A stretch of 62,072 bases of DNA, counting the filler, from a candidate division TA06 bacterium SM23_40 (lineage in GTDB: Bacteria > LJUI01 > SM1-40): assembly GCA_001303705.1 (NCBI GenBank). It is 5 parts of 5 records of this genome, joined end to end, with 100 filler letters (N's around TTAATTAATTAA, not from the genome) between each part and the next. Parts side by side here need not be neighbours in the genome. Positions count along the whole stretch, not along the records: positions 1 to 28,212 come from LJUI01000016.1; 4 more parts are not named here. One strand, 5' to 3'. Below, in pieces: positions 17,452 through 26,859 of the stretch. A model generated the notes under the pieces. The model was given only the letters and a program-made list of their open reading frames with translations. It did not search any database and was not told the DNA's origin. Both the position numbers and the translations under genes were made by a program. Positions within the stretch are counted from its first letter, which is position 1. Every line of letters starts with the position of its first letter.

Positions 17452-20400
17452 TTTTCACCGCCATCGTTTCAGGCTCATTCTCTAGTCTGTCAGTCACCGC
17501 GGTCGCTCCCGCATCCAGCTCCACTCGGAATGTCGTCCCCCGTCCCGGCTCGCTCACGACCTCAATCACCCCCCCGTGATCATCCACAATCCGTTGCGTC
17601 ACCGCGAGGCCAAGCCCTGTGCCGCCACGCTTCGTGCTGAAGAACGGATCGAAGACCTTCGGCAGATTCTCCGGCGAGATCCCCTTCCCCGTGTCCGATA
17701 TTTCCACGACAACGAGGTCCCGAGATTCACGGCTCTCTGGATGAATCGAAACCTTCAGGACTCCTCCTTCAGGCATGGCCTGCACTCCATTGAGCAGGAG
17801 GTTCAGATAGACCTGACCGATCTGCACCTCATCGCCTATAATCTCAGGGAGTTCCTCAGCATACGCCGTCTCCACCTGGATGTCTTGAGCCTTGATCTCC
17901 TGCTGCAGAAGGCAGAGCGTTCGCTTCGCCATCTCTCTCAGGTCCAGGGGAACAAGGTACAGAGGCGGCCGGTGGGCAAAAGATGTCAGGTCTCGGACGA
18001 TCCGATCAAGTCTCGATATCTCTTGAAGAATGAGTTGAGAAGCCTCCCGCCGGGCATCAGCCTTATCGAAGCTCTCCATCAGATACTCGACCCCCGTACT
18101 GATCCCGGCAAGCGGATTCTTGATCTCATGGGCCATCGATGCCGACATCTGCCCAAGTACCGCCAGCTGATCGGAGCGGCGCATCTTTTCTTCCATCGCC
18201 TTGATTTTTGTCAGATCCGTTATAATCCCGACCGCCCCCGTGATCTCCCCGTCCTCATCCCTCAGGATGGAAGTACTCATGCCAATGTCGACATGTGTCC
18301 CACCTTCGAGTATCACACGCGCCTCCCCACGCCGCACTTCGGTCCCCCGCTCCACTGCCTCCCGGAGATAGCAGCGAGCACCCGGAGCCAGCTTCACAAT
18401 CGAGTCGACAGGCCGTCCGACTACGTCCTCATCATCCTTGTGCAGGGCCCGCTTCACGGTTGCGTTGACCGAAGTCACGATGCCGTTCTCGTCTACAGTG
18501 ACGATACCACTCGGCATGTTCTCCAACACACTCCGGTTGAAGGCCTCCAGGGCACGCAGCTCCCGCACGGTATCGGTCGCAGAGTCATAGAGCGTAGCGT
18601 TCTTGAACGAGATCATGATCTGTCCCGCCAACTGCTGTATGACCCGCAGATCGTTCTCCTCGAACGCCGCCTTCTTCTCGCTAGCAACATCCAGAACGCC
18701 AATGACCTGGCCATCCTTTGTAAGCGGCACGGCCAGCTCCGACCTTATCGGTGAAGAGCATCCTACGAACCTCGGATCCCGCTCGACGTCGTTGACCATC
18801 AGAGGCTGGCCTGCGTGAGCGACCCAGCCCGTAATGCCTTCGCTCCGCACCTTCAAACGAAGACGCTCAACCTCCGGCTCGTCATATCCCCGGTGGGCCT
18901 TCACATAGAGCTCGTTCGCGCTCTCGTCGATGAGTAAGACAGCAACATGGGAGTATCCAAAGCTCCGCTGCATGATGTCCACGAACTGGTCCAAAAGGAG
19001 ATCGATGTTGAGCACCGAACTGATGGCCAATGCGACCTCACGCAGAGCAGTCAATTCCGCCACTCGCACCTTGGCCTCCTCGTACAACTCTGATTCGACG
19101 ATTGCAACTGCCAACTGATTCGCGAGCTGTTCGAGCATCTTCCGCTGCCCGGCAGGAAACCCGCCACTGGCGCGACTGCCGACGTCAAGCACTCCCACAA
19201 CCTTACTGTCGCGAATGAGCGGTATGGCCATCTCTGATTTCTGATGGTCATATGTACGCACACAACGAGCGTCAGTGGAGACGTCAGGTACAACCAGGGT
19301 CTCCCTTGCGTAGGCTGCCCAGCCAACCGCTCCATCGACACAGATTCTGAATCTACCGATCTCTGGGGGCTCCACACTTGGATCGTCGCTGCTAAAGCTC
19401 TTGAGATGTAGCTCACTTCTCTCCTCGTCGACCAGGAAGACCGTCGCATACATGAACCCGAAGGCTTCACGAATCACCGCCACGAGCCGCTCGAGCATCG
19501 GATCCAGATCGATCGTGGATGCAAGCGCCCTCGAGACCTCAAACAGCACCTCAAGTTGACGTTCGCGCCGGGTCTGGTTAGTGACATCCTCAGAGACGAT
19601 GACTGCCCCCTGCACCGCCCCACCCCTCTTCAACGGATATGAGGTGAAGTTCTCGGTGACTTCCGTCCCGTCCGGCCTCTCGGACTCGACCCCTCTCAGA
19701 ATTGTCTGCTCGCCCTCGCTCATGGTTCTCCGAACCGTCTCCATGCGTCCAGGGACGTTGAGCTGGGGCAGCAGGTCACTCAACTTCTTCCCGACCACAC
19801 TCTGCCCGTCCCAACCGTACCGCTGAGCCGCAGCCTCATTCACGCCCAGTATCCGCTCCCTACAGTCGATCACAATGATCCCATCCCTGATTGATGCCAC
19901 GATGGAATCGTTGAGATCCGTCAAATAGGCGATCTGCTCTGTGGCTTTCTTCTTCTCCGTGAGATCGACAGCAACCAGGATAAGCGCAGGCACTCCGCCA
20001 GCACCGGAACTGATTCGTGAAACGGAGAAGAGCACCGGGATGCTCTCCTCAGACTTTCTGCGGCAGACCACCTCGCCCTCCCACAGCTCCCCCTGCTCTG
20101 TCTGTGTCGTCATTTCGATGAATACTGACCTGCCGTCCTCTCCGAGAAGCTTCGCAATATGCTGGCCCATGAGTTCATCTGCTGAATAGCCGAATGTCGT
20201 CTCGCCCGCCTTGTTCACGAATGTTATCCGCCCGTTGACGTCTGTCGACAGGATGGCATCCCCTGCCTCCTTCACAATCGTTCCCAGGAACTTAGCCTCA
20301 TCGATAGTCTTCGTCTTGTCGGTCACATCCTCAATGATTACTGCCGCACTCACTATCTCCTTGAATTCATCACAAATGGGAGAAATGCTGACGTTGAGGA

Positions 20401-21760
20401 TCACCGGCCCAACGTTTCTCATCCTGTGGCGCCACCCGGTTACCGTCTTCACCTCGCCGGCGCTGAACACCTCGTCCAGCCAGCTGCCGAATCCCTCTTC
20501 CTCCATCGCCGGGAATTCCTCAAACACGTTCTTCCCGAGCACCTGCTGCCGCTCTATCCCGAATGCCCGCTCCAAGTACCGGTTCCACCCTGTTACCCTA
20601 TACTGCCGATCCACTACCATGATTCCGTTGGGTGCATGCTCAAGGATCTGTTCGTTGTATCCCTGTAGCACTGAAAGGAGCGAATAAGCCGATTCGAGTT
20701 CGCCCCGCTCCCTGCCAATCTTCTCGATCATATGGTTGAATGTACACCCCAATTCCTCGAACTCATCCCCGCTCCTTATGTTAACCCTCGCCGTGTAATC
20801 CCCCATAGCCACACGACGAGCACTTTCGCCAAGATCGGCTATCGGTCTGGAAATGATCTTCCGCATCAGTTGCCCTGACACGACCAGAAACAGCAAGGTC
20901 GACAGGAGAAGCAGTACACCGCCCGGTCTCGCGCCTTCGACCATCGCAAAGAGACCCGCCCGTCGACTTTCGAGCAGCAGCACCCAGTCGTGATGTCGGA
21001 GAGGCACGACCGTCGCAATCATGGGTTGACCGTCAGCCTCGTACGCCACAGCGGACTCCACCCCTCCCCGAATAGCGCCTTCGAACGCCTTCCCACGCTC
21101 CTCTCCGAGCCGACCGCTCAACCCCAGCACCTCTCCGCCCTGCACACCGAGCAACAGGTTACTCCCGGAAGGCAGTGGTTGATTCGCCAGCCACTGCGCG
21201 ATTCTTGTCGAGTCTAGAGACACGACAATCGCGCTCGCGCCGCCACGTGATGTCAGGACAGGCCGATCAAAACGACGCACAAGACGGCTCCATTGAGCCG
21301 AAGTGATCGCACCTGACGTCCTCCCATCGCCATCCAACGTGCCTGATCGCCCCGTGTAAGTCGCGGCCCAGGACAACGTCACTTCTTCTGACGTATCAGT
21401 CGCTGGATAGGAAAAGATCTGTCGTCCCTCGTCATCCACGATCGATACACGTGAGACGAACTTATCCCTGAAGAATGTGGGGCCAAGCGACTCCTGCAGT
21501 TGATCCTCCGCCAACTCCCCTCCCTCAAATGCGGAGGCGGTGCACTCCAGCCGAGTACGTACAACGGCCGTCCGGGTGTTCAACTGCTCGCTCAAGCTGC
21601 GAGCCAAAAGAAGCTGCGTCTCAGCAGCGTCTTGCGAGTAAGCACGCACGTTGACAACAACCAGAACGGCCTCGATGATCGCGACTGGAAGGACTGCCGC
21701 AACCAACCACCACAGCAGAAGCTTGCCTGCAAGTTTACTTCCCCAAGGCACAGTTCTCAT
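17423..21760 (-). CDS. Membrane multi-sensor histidine kinase (Cache-like, HAMP, multiple PAS, two GAF, HisKA, HATPase)
   Basis: Two TM segments; HAMP (DEFEELGCTFNHM); PAS and GAF repeats; AHEIKNPL, NGVQAM, DTGKGI, FDPFFSTK and GTGLGL boxes. Confidence 0.93.
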   Translation of the reverse strand: MRTVPWGSKLAGKLLLWWLVAAVLPVAIIEAVLVVVNVRAYSQDAAETQLLLARSLSEQLNTRTAVVRTRLECTASAFEGGELAEDQLQESLGPTFFRDKFVSRVSIVDDEGRQIFSYPATDTSEEVTLSWAATYTGRSGTLDGDGRTSGAITSAQWSRLVRRFDRPVLTSRGGASAIVVSLDSTRIAQWLANQPLPSGSNLLLGVQGGEVLGLSGRLGEERGKAFEGAIRGGVESAVAYEADGQPMIATVVPLRHHDWVLLLESRRAGLFAMVEGARPGGVLLLLSTLLFLVVSGQLMRKIISRPIADLGESARRVAMGDYTARVNIRSGDEFEELGCTFNHMIEKIGRERGELESAYSLLSVLQGYNEQILEHAPNGIMVVDRQYRVTGWNRYLERAFGIERQQVLGKNVFEEFPAMEEEGFGSWLDEVFSAGEVKTVTGWRHRMRNVGPVILNVSISPICDEFKEIVSAAVIIEDVTDKTKTIDEAKFLGTIVKEAGDAILSTDVNGRITFVNKAGETTFGYSADELMGQHIAKLLGEDGRSVFIEMTTQTEQGELWEGEVVCRRKSEESIPVLFSVSRISSGAGGVPALILVAVDLTEKKKATEQIAYLTDLNDSIVASIRDGIIVIDCRERILGVNEAAAQRYGWDGQSVVGKKLSDLLPQLNVPGRMETVRRTMSEGEQTILRGVESERPDGTEVTENFTSYPLKRGGAVQGAVIVSEDVTNQTRRERQLEVLFEVSRALASTIDLDPMLERLVAVIREAFGFMYATVFLVDEERSELHLKSFSSDDPSVEPPEIGRFRICVDGAVGWAAYARETLVVPDVSTDARCVRTYDHQKSEMAIPLIRDSKVVGVLDVGSRASGGFPAGQRKMLEQLANQLAVAIVESELYEEAKVRVAELTALREVALAISSVLNIDLLLDQFVDIMQRSFGYSHVAVLLIDESANELYVKAHRGYDEPEVERLRLKVRSEGITGWVAHAGQPLMVNDVERDPRFVGCSSPIRSELAVPLTKDGQVIGVLDVASEKKAAFEENDLRVIQQLAGQIMISFKNATLYDSATDTVRELRALEAFNRSVLENMPSGIVTVDENGIVTSVNATVKRALHKDDEDVVGRPVDSIVKLAPGARCYLREAVERGTEVRRGEARVILEGGTHVDIGMSTSILRDEDGEITGAVGIITDLTKIKAMEEKMRRSDQLAVLGQMSASMAHEIKNPLAGISTGVEYLMESFDKADARREASQLILQEISRLDRIVRDLTSFAHRPPLYLVPLDLREMAKRTLCLLQQEIKAQDIQVETAYAEELPEIIGDEVQIGQVYLNLLLNGVQAMPEGGVLKVSIHPESRESRDLVVVEISDTGKGISPENLPKVFDPFFSTKRGGTGLGLAVTQRIVDDHGGVIEVVSEPGRGTTFRVELDAGATAVTDRLENEPETMAVKNGVYDSHCG

Positions 21761-21824
21761 TTCCCGCGAGCGCCGTGTTCGTGGTCCAGTTCGATATTGC
21801 CAGGGTAAAGTACACCGGCAGCCG

Positions 21825-21971
21825 TCAGAGCCGCTTCCACTGTCTCTCTCTTGTGCCCTTCTTGACTACCTCCATTTTAATGCGACCACACCTGGGACAG
21901 ATCCACTTCCTCTTCTTGTGGTAACTCCGCTGACTAACCACCATCTTGGATCGACATCGCGGACAATACAT
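21825..21971 (-). CDS. Small basic zinc-ribbon protein (48 aa, below the ORF-track cutoff)
   Basis: Manual translation MYCPRCRSKMVVSQRSYHKKRKWICPRCGRIKMEVVKKGTRERQWKRL; two CPRC knuckles; directly follows the TPR gene. Confidence 0.7.
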   Translation of the reverse strand: MYCPRCRSKMVVSQRSYHKKRKWICPRCGRIKMEVVKKGTRERQWKRL

Positions 21972-22014
21972 CTGACCTACCCGACATCAGGCACGTTCCC
22001 CGGCTCCACTCATC

Positions 22015-22299
22015 CTATATCCCAACAATGCGATCAAGGTGCTCTCTGGCTGCCTCAAAGTCGCCCTTCATATCCACTGCCTTCTCGAACATCTGCCGTG
22101 CCTCATCGAGTCGGTTTATGCTTTCATACACGATGCCGAGGTTATAGTAGATGTCTGGATCATTCGGGGTGAGGTCGAGTGCCTCAGTATACTTCTCGAT
22201 CGCCTGCTCATAGCACTGATTCAAGAAGTAGAACTTCCCCATTTCGATCAGCTCTGTCACTTTTTTGACTCCGTTCTCCGGTTGTTCTTCCCCACTCAT
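22015..22299 (-). CDS. Small tetratricopeptide repeat protein
   Basis: Two TPR consensus repeats (AIEKYTEALDLTPND, YYNLGIVY). Confidence 0.8.
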   Translation of the reverse strand: MSGEEQPENGVKKVTELIEMGKFYFLNQCYEQAIEKYTEALDLTPNDPDIYYNLGIVYESINRLDEARQMFEKAVDMKGDFEAAREHLDRIVGI

Positions 22300-22311
22300 C
22301 CCTCACCGGTC

Positions 22312-23007
22312 CTATTCCAGATCCCTGAGCCTCTCGAGATCCTCCGATTTCCCGAGAAGTACGAGCAGATCTCCCTTCACCAGCTGCTCTTCCGAGGACG
22401 GTGCAACGACTACCTCTTCCGCGAACTCAGTGTCGCCCTTGCTGGTTATCCTGGGCACCTTCCTCTTGATGGCTACGACGCTTACGTTGTACTTGGGCCT
22501 GAGATCGATCTCTCTAAGTCGCCGTCCCTCATAGGCATGCGGAGCAACCAGCTCCAGCAGACTGTGGGTGGGCGACAGTTCAATATAATCCAAAATCCGC
22601 GGTGTTACAAGCCTCTGAGCCACCCTTATCCCCATATCTCTCTCCGGGAAGACGACGCGATCTGCGCCCACCTTTCTCAGGATCTTCCCGTGCATCGCGT
22701 TGAGAGCCTTAGCTATCACATGTTTGACGCCGAGCTCCTTGAGCTGCAGCGTTATCAGAATCGAGGCCTGGATATCCTCGCCAACGCTCACGACCGCAAC
22801 ATCGACATCCTGTATCCCGACCGACCGGAGCGCACGCTCCTCAGTGGCATCCAGCTGGACAGCCTGCGTGACAACGTCGGCCATGTCCGCGATCTTCTCC
22901 TCATCGCGGTCGATAGCGATCACCTGAGCACCGCGACTGGCGAGTGTCTCAGCGATGCTCATGCCGAAACGGCCCAAGCCAATGACGGCGAACTGTCTCA
23001 TGTTCAC
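22312..23007 (-). CDS. ktrA: Trk/Ktr K+ uptake regulatory subunit (RCK_N + RCK_C)
   Basis: GLGRFG Rossmann motif, DATEE, VVFPERDMG; adjacent to the membrane subunit. Confidence 0.9.
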   Translation of the reverse strand: MNMRQFAVIGLGRFGMSIAETLASRGAQVIAIDRDEEKIADMADVVTQAVQLDATEERALRSVGIQDVDVAVVSVGEDIQASILITLQLKELGVKHVIAKALNAMHGKILRKVGADRVVFPERDMGIRVAQRLVTPRILDYIELSPTHSLLELVAPHAYEGRRLREIDLRPKYNVSVVAIKRKVPRITSKGDTEFAEEVVVAPSSEEQLVKGDLLVLLGKSEDLERLRDLE

Positions 23008-23008
23008 C

Positions 23009-24508
23009 CTACCCTACGATGAATTTGCCCTCCGGCAAGCGGAAGAGGCCGGGACGCATCTGGGCCATGGCCATGCCGAGGGTGAGTGGCCCCACTCTTC
23101 CTGCCACCATTGTCAGGACGAGGATGACCTTGCCAAAGCTTGTGAAGTCTCTGGCAAGACTGCACGAGTTCTGCGAAAACGAACCCAGCGAGAGTCCTAC
23201 CGTGCCGAAGGCAGAGACCTCCTCAAACAGAACGCCGATAAGACCCTTCTGTTGCAGTGCTCCACGCTCACTGATGCACAGAGCGCCGACGCCGATTATC
23301 AGGATCACCATGCTTACCGTCACAAGCGCCAGCGTCCTCGAGACAGTCTCCTCAGATATTCGGCGATTCAGCATGATAACGTCTTTGTCTTTGCGTACGA
23401 GCGACTTAATCGTGTGAAGAAGGCACGCGAAGGTCGTGACCTTGATTCCGCCGCCGGTCCCGCCCGGCGCGGCGCCGATGAACATGAGCAGTATGATGAG
23501 ATACTGTGCGCCGTACGTGAACGCCCCGACTGATGCTGCAGAAAAGCCCGCTGTCCGCGGCGTTGCAGCCTGAAAGAATGAGACGACCCCCTTCTCCCAC
23601 CACGACAGCCCCCCCAGACCGTTGCTCCACTCAAGTGCCAGAATGCCGATAGTCCCCACCGCCAGGAGCAGCAATGTAGTCCGCAACACCAGACGTGTAT
23701 GGAGACTGAGCAATCGTACCGAGCGCCGAACCTTCACAGCATACACATTTACGATGACAATGAACCCGATGCCCCCGCATACGAAGAGGGCCGCCACAAC
23801 GAGGAGCACTACCGGATCTCTCGCGTAGCCCGCCAATCCCGTTGAGAACAGACTGAAGCCCGCATTACAGAATGCCGAGACGGCATGAAAGACGCCCAGC
23901 GCCGCTGCTCGAGGGAGGCCGATCCCATCGTACAAGAACTTTGCCGTAAGCGCGGCTGCTCCCATGCCTTCAAGAAGGACTGTCACTTTGAGGACACGGA
24001 CTGTGAACCTGCCGAGGCCCTCGAGTGTTAGCTGACCGCTCGACTGCTGAACGAGCAACCTCTCTCTGAGAGAGATGCGGCGCCGTCCGAGAAGTAATGC
24101 AAAAGCCGTGGCCAGAGTCATGTACCCGAGACCCCCGACCTGAATGAGGACCAGAATGACACACTGACCGAACGGCGAAAGATCGAACTGCGTGTCTCTG
24201 ACGATCAGACCTGTCACGCAGACAGCAGAGGTGGCCGTAAAGAGCGCCTCGACTGTCCCTGTGTCCTGAGCTCGCCCCGTCTCGCTCCACGACACCGGCA
24301 AGACGAGCACAGACGTCCCCACGGTAATCAGGGCCAGATAGCCGAGCAACACCACTCCGGCCGGTGTAACTTGCAGTTTTGGCGGTGACTTAACCGGCCC
24401 CCACATAAACCTCCGATCCGCCCATAATCGGCGCCGTGACCTCCCTTGTCGGTGCCAGAGGCCCGATCGATGTCCAGGGACGACATATTCCCAACTGAAG
24501 GCCGCCAA
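23009..24508 (-). CDS. ktrB: Trk/Ktr K+ uptake membrane subunit (true start probably ~100 nt downstream)
   Basis: SAVCVTGL, SAFCNAGF, RTAGF, GGTGGGIK and SAFGTVGLS pore loops. Confidence 0.92.
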   Translation of the reverse strand: MAAFSWEYVVPGHRSGLWHRQGRSRRRLWADRRFMWGPVKSPPKLQVTPAGVVLLGYLALITVGTSVLVLPVSWSETGRAQDTGTVEALFTATSAVCVTGLIVRDTQFDLSPFGQCVILVLIQVGGLGYMTLATAFALLLGRRRISLRERLLVQQSSGQLTLEGLGRFTVRVLKVTVLLEGMGAAALTAKFLYDGIGLPRAAALGVFHAVSAFCNAGFSLFSTGLAGYARDPVVLLVVAALFVCGGIGFIVIVNVYAVKVRRSVRLLSLHTRLVLRTTLLLLAVGTIGILALEWSNGLGGLSWWEKGVVSFFQAATPRTAGFSAASVGAFTYGAQYLIILLMFIGAAPGGTGGGIKVTTFACLLHTIKSLVRKDKDVIMLNRRISEETVSRTLALVTVSMVILIIGVGALCISERGALQQKGLIGVLFEEVSAFGTVGLSLGSFSQNSCSLARDFTSFGKVILVLTMVAGRVGPLTLGMAMAQMRPGLFRLPEGKFIVG

Positions 24509-24654
24509 ACGCCATCGGCCGAGGCCAGCACTCCGTGCATACCCGGGGCGTCATCCCCATTCTGCCCAGTGCCCGCTGTCCTCGGCCCCGCAGGAAAACT
24601 GGCTCACCCGGCTCTCAGACAGCCGCTTACCGCTCTCACCAGCGTCTTTTCCCA

Positions 24655-24683
24655 AATATACTTCACAATCCACGCATTGTCAA
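24655..24683 (-). promoter_or_regulatory. sigma70-type promoter of the ktr operon
   Basis: Minus strand TTGACA-N17-TATATT. Confidence 0.6.
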
Positions 24684-24878
24684 GGCAACCGGAGCCCGCC
24701 CGAGCGCCGAAGCACCACCACAAGAGGGCCCCAGCTCAGGACAGGAAAATCCCTCAGCTGGGGCGTCCCAAGATCGCCAGAACTGGCGTTTCTGCTCTCT
24801 GACTTGCCGGTTTCCTACCCGCTTCCTCGATCAACCTCTCGGGTTCATCCGACCTCTGTACGAGAGGCCTCACCAAGC

Positions 24879-26447
24879 TCACCGCCGGGAGCCGGTCGGC
24901 ACATCCACCCTCACTTCTTCTTCCTCCTCCTCCTCCAGCGAACCTGGCTTCTGATCAGCTAGCGTCTCCTTCAAACATCCATCCGCGAACTCGCACCCGG
25001 CGCAGACGACCATCGTCTTGTATGCGCCGAAGCACCTGGGAACGCTGATCCCCCAGGTCTCCAGCCCTGCTCGCACCCGCGCACGAAGCATCGAGACCGT
25101 TCCGATCGGCCCCCCCTCCTTCTCCAGGGCCCGTACCAGGGCTTCGACTGCCTCCGAGTCGAATTGTGTCCCCGAGCATCGCCGCAGCTCAGCTACCGCC
25201 TCCTCGCGGCTGCGCGCCGGTTTGTATGGACGCGGAGAGGTCATGGCATCGTAAGCATCGGCCACAGCCAGAATCCTCGCCCCGAGAGGTATCTCAGTTC
25301 CGGCCAGCCCATCTGGATATCCGCTCCCGTCGAGACTTTCGTGGTGATGCCGTACGATAGGTATCTCCTTCCCGAATGAAGCCTTCTTGGCGAGTATCTC
25401 CGCGCCCGCTGCTGGATGGGCCTTGACAGCCTCGTATTCCTCGGTCGTGAGCCACCCCGGTTTAGTGAGGGTCGCATCTCTCGTCCCGATCTTTCCGATG
25501 TCGTGCACCAACGCTGCACGCTTAATTGTCTCGCCCAGCCGATAGCTGACCCGCAGTTCTCTGAGGATCATGTTTGTATAGTCGATCACCCGCTGCGAGT
25601 GTTTTTCGGTGTATCGGTCCTTGGCCTCGATCAGCTTGGCCATCAGAGCCAGGCTTTCCTCTTCACTCCGGCGCACCTCGACCTTATCCTGGAAGTGCAC
25701 ACGTATGAGAAGGAGAAACGGTATGGCCAAAGCCACAACCCAGGGACTCACTTCCAGGTACAGCCACGCCGCTGCCGCCCCGGCGATGGCCAGCACAACA
25801 TGACCAAGGGCCATGGATCGCCCGATCGCCCAAGCCTGCCAGAGGAAGGGGATGCGCTCGTGTAGCCTGACAGCTGTTGCCAGCAGACCGGTGTTCAGAA
25901 AGAAGTATACCAGTGCGCATAGGCCCAGCGGGATCAAGAACTTGGGAAAAGAATATGCAGATCCGGCCTCCTGAGCGATCTGGAACACCAGACCTGCAAC
26001 ACCCACAGAAACTACGAACTGGGAGAAATTGAAGGCTACGGCGAAGACAGAATCTCTAGTTCGGTACCCTTTCCTAAGCCACAACTGATGAACTGAGCCT
26101 ACAAACAACTCGCGAAGCACGACAAGCCACACAGCGGCACCCGGTCCCAGCACGATGATCGAAGCATATTCGGCCGCGAAACTGACAGATAGCCAAATAC
26201 CCGAGGGAAATCGACTTGGAAAGAACTCGGGAAAAGCAAGCAATATCCCCCAGAAGACAAATGCCTGCCAGTCAACGTCTCCCATCCGGGAGGTCAAATG
26301 CCACAAAACCAGAATGGCTACTCCCAGGAGGGCGACAGAGAATATCTTGGACGATTTGGGCAAATTGAGTGCGAATGGGCTCTCTGGCACTGGCCAAATA
26401 CCTTCATCGCAAGTTCTCGACAGGACTCCGGACTCCAAAGGGGACAA
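24879..26447 (-). CDS. Multi-TM sensor (MASE9-like) HD-GYP c-di-GMP phosphodiesterase with C-terminal four-Cys cluster
   Basis: Several TM helices with LGPxxA and FNFSQ motifs; HSQRV, HDIGK and HHESLDGSGYP; tail CFG...CAGC...C. Start codon uncertain. Confidence 0.88.
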   Translation of the reverse strand: MSPLESGVLSRTCDEGIWPVPESPFALNLPKSSKIFSVALLGVAILVLWHLTSRMGDVDWQAFVFWGILLAFPEFFPSRFPSGIWLSVSFAAEYASIIVLGPGAAVWLVVLRELFVGSVHQLWLRKGYRTRDSVFAVAFNFSQFVVSVGVAGLVFQIAQEAGSAYSFPKFLIPLGLCALVYFFLNTGLLATAVRLHERIPFLWQAWAIGRSMALGHVVLAIAGAAAAWLYLEVSPWVVALAIPFLLLIRVHFQDKVEVRRSEEESLALMAKLIEAKDRYTEKHSQRVIDYTNMILRELRVSYRLGETIKRAALVHDIGKIGTRDATLTKPGWLTTEEYEAVKAHPAAGAEILAKKASFGKEIPIVRHHHESLDGSGYPDGLAGTEIPLGARILAVADAYDAMTSPRPYKPARSREEAVAELRRCSGTQFDSEAVEALVRALEKEGGPIGTVSMLRARVRAGLETWGISVPRCFGAYKTMVVCAGCEFADGCLKETLADQKPGSLEEEEEEEVRVDVPTGSRR

Positions 26448-26509
26448 AAGGACCGACGCCGGAAAATCGTACCCTCCATGCCCTCCGTGTCAACCCCGCT
26501 GCCACGCCA

Positions 26510-26617
26510 CTAACCACCACCCAAGCCAGGCCCCTGACCAGGGACCCACCTTCCACCGGCCCCGGCGGCCAGGATTAATGACAAGAGGGCGAAGAACACT
26601 CTATAAAGCTTAGCCAA
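26510..26617 (-). CDS. 35-aa hydrophobic peptide (unannotated sORF)
   Basis: AAGGAGGT RBS 9 nt before TTG; MAKLYRVFFALLSLILAAGAGGRWVPGQGPGLGGG*. Confidence 0.7.
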   Translation of the reverse strand: MAKLYRVFFALLSLILAAGAGGRWVPGQGPGLGGG

Positions 26618-26802
26618 ACGGGATCGACCTCCTTCCGTAGATTCACTCCCTGAGGTAATCCGCTCACCTCAGAGGCAAATCGCTCCGCTCAGAGGTCCGC
26701 CCCGAGAGGTTTTTTCAGCTTCTTGATGAGCCGCGGGAGCAGTCCCAGATAACCCTCGCAAGTACCATGATCTCGAGTGTTCCTTTACCTCCATACAGAC
26801 GA

Positions 26803-26830
26803 TCGGCACCCTCACTCATGGGGGTGCCGA
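26803..26830. promoter_or_regulatory. Inverted repeat (hairpin or protein-binding palindrome)
   Basis: TCGGCACCC-N10-GGGTGCCGA just downstream of the sigma54 activator stop; no U tract. Confidence 0.4.
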
Positions 26831-26859
26831 CTGAACTGAGCTCTCTGAAAGGATGACTC

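Noticed and set aside
24510-24650. c-di-AMP (ydaO) riboswitch upstream of the ktr genes
   Set aside because: The expected conserved motifs were not found by eye.
26660-26800. Additional sORFs or a sigma54 promoter upstream of the 35-aa peptide
   Set aside because: Only a weak GG-N10-GC match, and the short frames lack a convincing RBS or composition.
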